From: Candidatus Saccharimonadota bacterium
GTDB taxonomy: Bacteria > Patescibacteriota > Saccharimonadia > Saccharimonadales > Saccharimonadaceae
Direction of reading: 5' to 3'
Assembly (NCBI GenBank): GCA_001029695.1
Contig: CP011211.1
Location: 600,001 to 632,000 of the forward strand
DNA: 32,000 nucleotides
In this document: positions 7,278 to 12,801 of the stretch, one piece after another
How positions within the stretch are numbered: position 1 is the stretch's first letter
How the letters are laid out: every line of letters begins with the position of its first letter
Notes under the pieces: model-generated
Database searches by the model: none
Seen by the model: only the letters and a program-made list of their open reading frames with translations
What the model was told of the DNA's origin: nothing
Position numbers and translations under genes: made by a program

Positions 7278-7350
7278 ATTGTCAGTAGCGTGATTACTTA
7301 CTAGATACTTCGTAAAATACATGCCTTAGCTCCTAATGCGGGCCTTGAAC
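7278..7350. repeat. Intergenic mosaic repeat, copy 6 (degenerate H1 + CTTAGCTC + degenerate T2)
   Basis: The sequence is attgtCAGTAGCGTGAttacttACTAGatacttcgtaaaatacatgcCTTAGCTCctaatGCGGGCCttgaac. It shares CAGTAGCGTGA with copy 1. Confidence 0.4.
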
Positions 7351-7370
7351 CTCATACGCCGATTCATTGG

Positions 7371-7865
7371 TTATTCATGCATTGACAGGCCATTAAGCAT
7401 ATCTTTGCCGGCCCTTTGCAGGGCTGCGCCATGATCTTTGGAGCCGATCCAATCTGGCATATCGATCGTTCCGGCTTCTTCGAGCAAGAGCCCTTCGATT
7501 AATTCTCTAGCGTCCATCGCCAGTCGCTTGTTGAGACCATTGATTTGCAACTGGTGTGCGGTATTTTTGCCGATGATTTGTATGCCGGCAAAAAATGCCG
7601 TATCGATATAAACTACTCGACCTATATCGCGCACCGGCATCGTTTCGATGAACGATACTAGGAATTGATTGCGGATGATCGAAATAGTTTTTTCCTGCAC
7701 CACGAGCTCGTCAGGAAAAATATCGGTAATCCAATGCGCTTTGAGTTTTAGCAGCTCGCGGTTATAGCCTTTTTGGCTCGGCAACGTGCTTGATTCAACT
7801 TTGCCAGTCTGTATCTGTGCAGGGTACGGCATATTGCGGCCTGTTTGAGTAACTCCGTTTGCCAT
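7371..7865 (-). CDS. Hypothetical protein
   Basis: The 164-aa ORF has a GGGAGG SD 7 nt upstream of ATG 7865. I recognise no motif. It lies immediately downstream of the Clp remnant, so it was probably once co-transcribed with that gene. Confidence 0.6.
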   Translation of the reverse strand: MANGVTQTGRNMPYPAQIQTGKVESSTLPSQKGYNRELLKLKAHWITDIFPDELVVQEKTISIIRNQFLVSFIETMPVRDIGRVVYIDTAFFAGIQIIGKNTAHQLQINGLNKRLAMDARELIEGLLLEEAGTIDMPDWIGSKDHGAALQRAGKDMLNGLSMHE

Positions 7866-7891
7866 AACAACCTCCCATACTTACTTACCTT

Positions 7892-8050
7892 TTACTGCTT
7901 TTTCTTTACCTTTGAAGATTTAGTAAGCTTCAGACTCACACCATCTTTGCTATCGTAAGTAAACGTGACAGTTGAGCCTTTGCCAACCTTACTGCCTAGT
8001 ATTTCAGTAGCCAGCTTGTTCTCAACTTCACTTTTAATGCGCCGTTTCAG
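7892..8050 (-). pseudogene. 3'-terminal remnant (52 codons + stop) of a second Clp/Hsp100 ATPase gene
   Basis: Not in the ORF track. Minus-strand translation gives LKRRIKSEVENKLATEILGSKVGKGSTVTFTYDSKDGVSLKLTKSSKVKKKQ*. It aligns with the extreme C-terminus of Clp ATPases (compare resident Clp[34 protein letters not shown]). The frame is closed by TAG at 8051-8053 and has no start codon. Confidence 0.7.
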
Positions 8051-8070
8051 CTATATTAGCACGAGCGGTA

Positions 8071-8781
8071 CTATTTGTCAATCTTATGCAAGTCCCACGC
8101 AGTAATAATACCTAGGGGAGTTGCCGATGCATCCCCCTTGTCCGATACAAGAACTGCCAAGAGTCGCTGGCCCTTTTTTATAGCATTATTAAACATATCC
8201 TCAATCTCATAAACGGTCACTTTCCTGGTGACAAATGCATATACATCAGAGTCATCGCCATAGGGCTTGTCGTAGGCAACATCCTTAATTTTTGCTTCAT
8301 CGATAAGTGCACCACCATGTTCAAAAGCTTTATCTACAATTTTAACAACAGTACTCTCAGATACGAAACCTATCACCCTTTTATCTTCTACTATCGGCAG
8401 ACTTGTAATGTGCATTTGAGCCATCTGTCTAACTACTTCCGATAAGTTATCGTCGAGTCCAACTTTTATTAGCTCGGTAGTCGCAATATCCCATGCAGTT
8501 TTTGGCTGCTCTATATTTACAACCAACTGACGAAGTGCCGTGACAGTTTCCTCATAAGGCTCTGCAATTGCGCGGTCCGTAGATTGATGGATAATCGCAT
8601 TGCGTAGCTCTATAAACTGTCGAATGTCTCTTTCAAATTGTCTAACTACACGGTCCTTATGGATATTAACAAGTGATGAGACCACCGATGATATAGATTC
8701 TTCGCTGCGAGCATTTGCTCGCTTCTTGAGCATCGTCTCTAATTTATTGAATTCGATCCTGTATTCTTCAGCTCGCGTCAT
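8071..8781 (-). CDS. HEPN-domain (Swt1-like, Rx4H) protein fused to a CBS-domain pair
   Basis: The 236-aa ORF has an N-terminal helical domain ending in FIELRNAIIHQS (R-x4-H HEPN motif). Two CBS repeats follow (TELIKVGLDDNLSEVVRQMAQMHITSLPIVEDKRVIGFVSES and AFVTRKVTVYEIEDMFNNAIKKGQRLLAVLVSDKGDASATPLGIITAWDL). An AGGAGG SD precedes the ATG. Confidence 0.7.
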   Translation of the reverse strand: MTRAEEYRIEFNKLETMLKKRANARSEESISSVVSSLVNIHKDRVVRQFERDIRQFIELRNAIIHQSTDRAIAEPYEETVTALRQLVVNIEQPKTAWDIATTELIKVGLDDNLSEVVRQMAQMHITSLPIVEDKRVIGFVSESTVVKIVDKAFEHGGALIDEAKIKDVAYDKPYGDDSDVYAFVTRKVTVYEIEDMFNNAIKKGQRLLAVLVSDKGDASATPLGIITAWDLHKIDK

Positions 8782-8785
8782 AACG

Positions 8786-9514
8786 CTATATCCTCCTGGC
8801 TGTTACATAATTATCAGTTCTTTGATTCCTTAGCTTTATCAGCTCACTCGTCATATTCATATACGACAGGTACTCGTCGACCGTTTTCGGTATTGGTGTC
8901 GAACGGAAGTCATCGAAAGGCTCAGCTATTTTGACGCTCGTGTAATCTTCTGTCACGTAATCTTGTAGCAAAAAGAAGTCGATATAGCCCTTAAAATCAT
9001 CGAAAAGTTGAAAGAAGTCACTATACCTCACGAAGGTTTCATATAGCGGGCTAGCTTCACCTAAATAAAAGCGCCGGATACACTCAATCGTTAGATCGAG
9101 GCGATCGACAATCTGCCGGTTAAAACCTCTGGCGCCATTGATAGTCTGGAACCCATTTATTTTATTACTAGGCCAAATTACGATTCCACCTATCGTATCT
9201 GTGAGACGAATAAAATCCTCTAATTCTTTTGCGGGAATCTGATCAATTACATGCTTCATCTTCACCCACGACGAGAACGTGGCAATTGCTCGGTCACTTG
9301 ATAAATAAAACTCACCCAGTTCAGACCTATGATACAAACGGTTATCGCTAATTTTTGTTAGCTCAAACATTTTTCCGCTAGGCAGTGGCTTGCTCCATAA
9401 GATGCGGTGATATTCCTGCAAAGTTGGGCTGTATTTATCCGAATCCCTCTGGACACCAGCCCTATCAAGGCCGGCTTCTTTCTGAAAATCAAAATCGACA
9501 TCAATTGCGCTCAT
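8786..9514 (-). CDS. Conserved-looking protein of unknown function
   Basis: ORF 8786..9535 starts with TTG. ATG 9514 has a GAGGAAGGG SD and lies 4 nt after the HAD stop. Blocks are YHRILWSKPLPSGK, IWPSNKINGFQTINGARG and DRLDLTIECIRRFY. I vaguely recall a DUF-type family (possibly DUF6994) but cannot verify it. Confidence 0.6.
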   Translation of the reverse strand: MSAIDVDFDFQKEAGLDRAGVQRDSDKYSPTLQEYHRILWSKPLPSGKMFELTKISDNRLYHRSELGEFYLSSDRAIATFSSWVKMKHVIDQIPAKELEDFIRLTDTIGGIVIWPSNKINGFQTINGARGFNRQIVDRLDLTIECIRRFYLGEASPLYETFVRYSDFFQLFDDFKGYIDFFLLQDYVTEDYTSVKIAEPFDDFRSTPIPKTVDEYLSYMNMTSELIKLRNQRTDNYVTARRI

Positions 9515-9518
9515 GATT

Positions 9519-9941
9519 TCACCCTTCCTCGACAATCGACTTCAGTAGTTTTAGTTCATGCACCATTTGATCAGGATATTTGGCTAAATTAACTTCAATC
9601 CACGAGTTGAAGACTCCGTGCTCATGCAGGTCAATCTTCTCGCCACTAAAGCAGTCGTCGTCGAACCACAGAAATGGTTTCGTAAAGTCGATCGCTTCAG
9701 TTTTCTTCAAGCTCCAAGTGACTGGCTTAAACTTTTCGAGCCACGGTCGTAAGTCTTCATCACTTCCACGCTGCAAGTACTCAATTGCGTGACCGGTCGT
9801 TCCATCCATGCAGTGTGTCGTGAGCCAATATACATCAAAATTATCTGCAGCATATTTTATAAACTCAGCCGCCCCGATAGCCAAGTTCTCTTCGTTTGCT
9901 AGCAGTACCCCGTCGATGTCTAAATATAGAGCAGGTTTCAT
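9519..9941 (-). CDS. Cap-less HAD-superfamily phosphatase
   Basis: ORF 9519..9980 trimmed to ATG 9941, which overlaps the upstream stop as ATGA. Motif I is LYLDIDGVLL (DxDGx), motif II is WLTTHC, and motif IV is LWFDDD. Confidence 0.75.
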   Translation of the reverse strand: MKPALYLDIDGVLLANEENLAIGAAEFIKYAADNFDVYWLTTHCMDGTTGHAIEYLQRGSDEDLRPWLEKFKPVTWSLKKTEAIDFTKPFLWFDDDCFSGEKIDLHEHGVFNSWIEVNLAKYPDQMVHELKLLKSIVEEG

Positions 9942-11287
9942 ATTTTTAATAGCTCCTGCCATATCCTCACCATCGCCCACGTATCCATCCTGCAGTACTC
10001 AGTCAAGTCGGCGAGTATCTGCTCTTTCTGGTCCGCCCGCGTCTCATCGAGTACCGCCTCCATCCAGAGCCGTTGAGCGGAGTTGCCATCTTGAATACCA
10101 AGCTCTTTGTAGCTTAATTCGGGGCACACTACTGGCAACACCTTTTTGATGCTCGCGCTTCCCTCGCATCGCGGATCGTCATACCATTTTGCCTTGAACG
10201 GAATCATGAGGTCAACGACTCGTTCGTTGATGGCCGTGATTTGTTCGGCATACTCTGGGTACATCCGTCCCAGCTCTTCGTTAACCGATTTTTCAAAGCG
10301 CATATTCCAGGTAATGATTGATCCCGAATCGCCCATATCTTCTACTAGCCGTTTAGCTAAATCTGGTGCTGGATTAGTGTTATCTTTATGGAGATATTCT
10401 CGATGCTCTACTTCCCCGCCCGGCTCGCGGATGATATGCAAAGAGTATTGGAACGGTACCTGCTGATACGGTCGCTGTCCATCGAAATACGGCACAAGGC
10501 CCTGCATTGTTTCGTAATCAAAGAAGTAGAGTGGGTACTGCAATTCACCCAAAAAGCGCTCGATCTCCTGCTTGTTAATTTCGGCTCGAGTATCTGCTGG
10601 CCACACCGTAGGCTCGGGCGGAAATATATTTTCATAGACCTTCATCCATTCAGATTTTGAGCCTAGCTTAGCCAGCTCTGGATTCGGATCCGGCATTTCG
10701 GCTTGCGTGGCGGCTTTATTCGCTGCCTCCATGTATTCTGGAGTTTTTAAAGCAATTTCATTTACCTCATCTGTCACATCAGCAAACGTCGTAAGCTCTT
10801 TTGGATTAACGTCGCCCATACGAACGTACTGGTTATTTACATGGATCACCGATACATTTCGAACCGTAAAGCCATTACCCTCAAGCACGGTTTTCTGGAA
10901 CGCAAGATCGTATAGGTGATCTGGTTTAACGCATGTGCTGGATTTAATTTCATACAGGTCAATAGTCTTACCCTCTACAATTGAAACAATATCGGAGATA
11001 CACGTAAATCCATTCCATTCAAAACGGGGCTGGAATACTACCTGAGCACCCGATTCAAATGCTTGCTGGGTTCGTAGCGGTAGCGAACGGTACTCATCGA
11101 AATTACTGAAGCCGAGCGCCACGCCTTCAGGAAATAATGACTCAACATACGGCTCGAACGCATGCCCAGCGTCGAACATTGCTTGTGTCGCTGCGTCGAC
11201 GGGTGGAAGTTTGCTCGGGTCATTCTTTTTCAGCCAAAGCCAGGCTGGCTGGCGGAGAAAGAGCATGTAATCGGATTTGGATATCAT
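9938..11287 (-). CDS. Two-nuclease fusion: N-terminal PD-(D/E)xK (Cas4/RecB-like) + C-terminal DEDD/RNase-H-fold exonuclease (DUF2779-like)
   Basis: In the 449-aa ORF, ISDIVSIVEGKTIDLYEIKSS supplies D...ExK. The C-terminal half has YFFDYET (ExoI DxE), ITWNMRFEKSV (ExoII) and EYCRMDTWAMV (ExoIII YxxxD). The overall layout matches what I remember of DUF2779 proteins. Confidence 0.7.
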   Translation of the reverse strand: MISKSDYMLFLRQPAWLWLKKNDPSKLPPVDAATQAMFDAGHAFEPYVESLFPEGVALGFSNFDEYRSLPLRTQQAFESGAQVVFQPRFEWNGFTCISDIVSIVEGKTIDLYEIKSSTCVKPDHLYDLAFQKTVLEGNGFTVRNVSVIHVNNQYVRMGDVNPKELTTFADVTDEVNEIALKTPEYMEAANKAATQAEMPDPNPELAKLGSKSEWMKVYENIFPPEPTVWPADTRAEINKQEIERFLGELQYPLYFFDYETMQGLVPYFDGQRPYQQVPFQYSLHIIREPGGEVEHREYLHKDNTNPAPDLAKRLVEDMGDSGSIITWNMRFEKSVNEELGRMYPEYAEQITAINERVVDLMIPFKAKWYDDPRCEGSASIKKVLPVVCPELSYKELGIQDGNSAQRLWMEAVLDETRADQKEQILADLTEYCRMDTWAMVRIWQELLKI

Positions 11288-12105
11288 TGCTGTGACAACC
11301 TGAGTGGAAACTTTACCACCTGACGCTGATTGTTAGCTTCGTCCTTTTGCCGCTCATAATACGGATCGCCTACAAGCTGTACTTGGCCACGATACATATA
11401 CTCTTTCGGCTCAAACGATTCAAATAAATGCACGCCTACTCCATTCGTGCGCGATTCGGCCAAGGTTTTGTTCTGTGCATAATCTATCGACTGATCACCT
11501 GAGAGCCCCATGCCGGTGTAGTGCATCACGCCCTGGTCGTCCCATTTGTCTTCGTACGGATTGCCAGTATTATGCAGTGCAAAAAGAATCAAGCTATTGG
11601 CGCGGTTCGACTTTCGCATACCACCCTGCCCGCTCACGAGGAACATCCGCATGATATCTTCATTTTTATAAGCATCGCCAATCACTAGCTCGTGTAATGC
11701 AGGCTGTCGTTTATCTTTTGTAATTTGCTCTAGTAGCTCCACGTCAGCCGGCGCTAGCTCATAGCCATATAGTTGCCGCAGATTATCTACCCACGCTAGC
11801 TCAGAGTGCTCGCGTAGCTGGTAAGCTCCTAGTTTGTGTTCACAAGCGTATAGCTTGAGCATGATTTCATCGTTTATCTGCGTGTTTGCGAGCAGCTTAC
11901 TGACAGCGATAAGTGTGTTGAACTCTTCGACTATCTCGCGCTCTAGCGCCTCCTGTTCGGTCTCGCCATCCTCCACCTTACCGCCAGGAAATTCCCACAA
12001 GCCACCAAGTGCCGCATCAACCTTACGCTTAGCGATGAGGTATTTACCATTTCTTTCTATCAGCGCTGCAACAACAATCTTGTGCGTATTATCTTTTTTA
12101 TCCAT
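11284..12105 (-). CDS. MutT-type NUDIX hydrolase fused to an SRA/YDG-like (PUA-fold) putative modified-base-binding domain
   Basis: In the 273-aa ORF the N-terminal half contains GGLWEFPGGKVEDGETEQEALEREIVEEF (MutT-like Nudix box). The C-terminal ~135 aa read GGMRKSNRANSLILFALHNTGNPYEDKWDDQGVMHYTGMGLSGDQ...NKTLAES...VHLFES...YMYRGQVQL. This follows the SAD/SRA core pattern (G-x-R, buried strand, acidic Y-E-D, YTG-G). The assignment is from memory and needs an HMM check. Confidence 0.65.
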   Translation of the reverse strand: MDKKDNTHKIVVAALIERNGKYLIAKRKVDAALGGLWEFPGGKVEDGETEQEALEREIVEEFNTLIAVSKLLANTQINDEIMLKLYACEHKLGAYQLREHSELAWVDNLRQLYGYELAPADVELLEQITKDKRQPALHELVIGDAYKNEDIMRMFLVSGQGGMRKSNRANSLILFALHNTGNPYEDKWDDQGVMHYTGMGLSGDQSIDYAQNKTLAESRTNGVGVHLFESFEPKEYMYRGQVQLVGDPYYERQKDEANNQRQVVKFPLRLSQQ

Positions 12106-12799
12106 GACGTATCTCCAAGCTTTCTTTAATTTGCCTCCAGTGCGACAATTTACTGTTCATTATTCTATAAAATGCTTCGTCATGTTTCTTATTTACTACA
12201 TGACACAACTCATGAATACAAACATAATAAATTGCTTCGCGTGGCGCTTCAATGAGTCGCGGATTAAGTAGCACCTTGCCATCACTCGTATAACTGCCCC
12301 AGCGACGAGCCATAATGCGCTGTCCGAGCTGTGGCATTGTTTTATAATCGAATAATTTAAAAGCTTTCACGTACTCCTGCTTAAATATACGCTCACGATT
12401 ACGTGCATACCACTCGCCAAGTAGCTTTTTATTGTTTTCGCTGTTTTGTACTGAGCCAGTCGTATAGATTCGGAGCTTACCACGCTCTAACTTCACCGTA
12501 TCATTTTTAGCTTTTTCGACTAAAAGCATATACTGACGACCCAGGTAATAATACGACTCACCAGATATATACTTTCGCTCTGTGTTAGATTTTTTGAATT
12601 TACGCAGTTCAGATAATTGTCGCTCGAGCCACGACCATTTACGTTTCATAAACGACTCAATTTCGTCTAGTGTAGCGCCCAGCGGTGCTTTTACGATTAT
12701 TCGTAAGTTTGGCAGCACCTCAAGAGCTAGAGTTTTGCGCTTGGCAAATTCAATAAAATATTCGTAACTAAACCGCCCATACTCAAACTTTTGCTTCAC
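12098..12799 (-). CDS. DUF45/YgjP-like M48-type zinc metallopeptidase (common type I R-M accessory gene)
   Basis: The 233-aa ORF has a GTG start 2 nt after the hsdR stop. The HExxH motif sits in YYVCIHELCHVVNKKHD, and the WSYTSDGKVLLNPRL-type block (RWGSYTSDGKVLLNPRL) is typical of DUF45. Confidence 0.8.
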   Translation of the reverse strand: MKQKFEYGRFSYEYFIEFAKRKTLALEVLPNLRIIVKAPLGATLDEIESFMKRKWSWLERQLSELRKFKKSNTERKYISGESYYYLGRQYMLLVEKAKNDTVKLERGKLRIYTTGSVQNSENNKKLLGEWYARNRERIFKQEYVKAFKLFDYKTMPQLGQRIMARRWGSYTSDGKVLLNPRLIEAPREAIYYVCIHELCHVVNKKHDEAFYRIMNSKLSHWRQIKESLEIRHG

Positions 12800-12801
12800 A
12801 G

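Noticed and set aside
692-7350. Reading the intergenic repeats as a CRISPR array or as integron attC sites/cassette array
   Set aside because: The repeats are 400-2400 bp apart with full-length housekeeping genes between them, and no cas genes are present, so this is not CRISPR. The elements are not long imperfect palindromes with R/L boxes. There is no intI. Each gene has its own promoter, and the content (clpB, hsp20) is not cassette-like.
8051-8070. Direct or inverted att repeats shared with 25747-25801
   Set aside because: Only short low-complexity matches were found (CTATTT, TTAGC[A/G]C), which cannot be distinguished from chance by eye. Serine integrases do not require long repeats, so the boundaries remain inferred.
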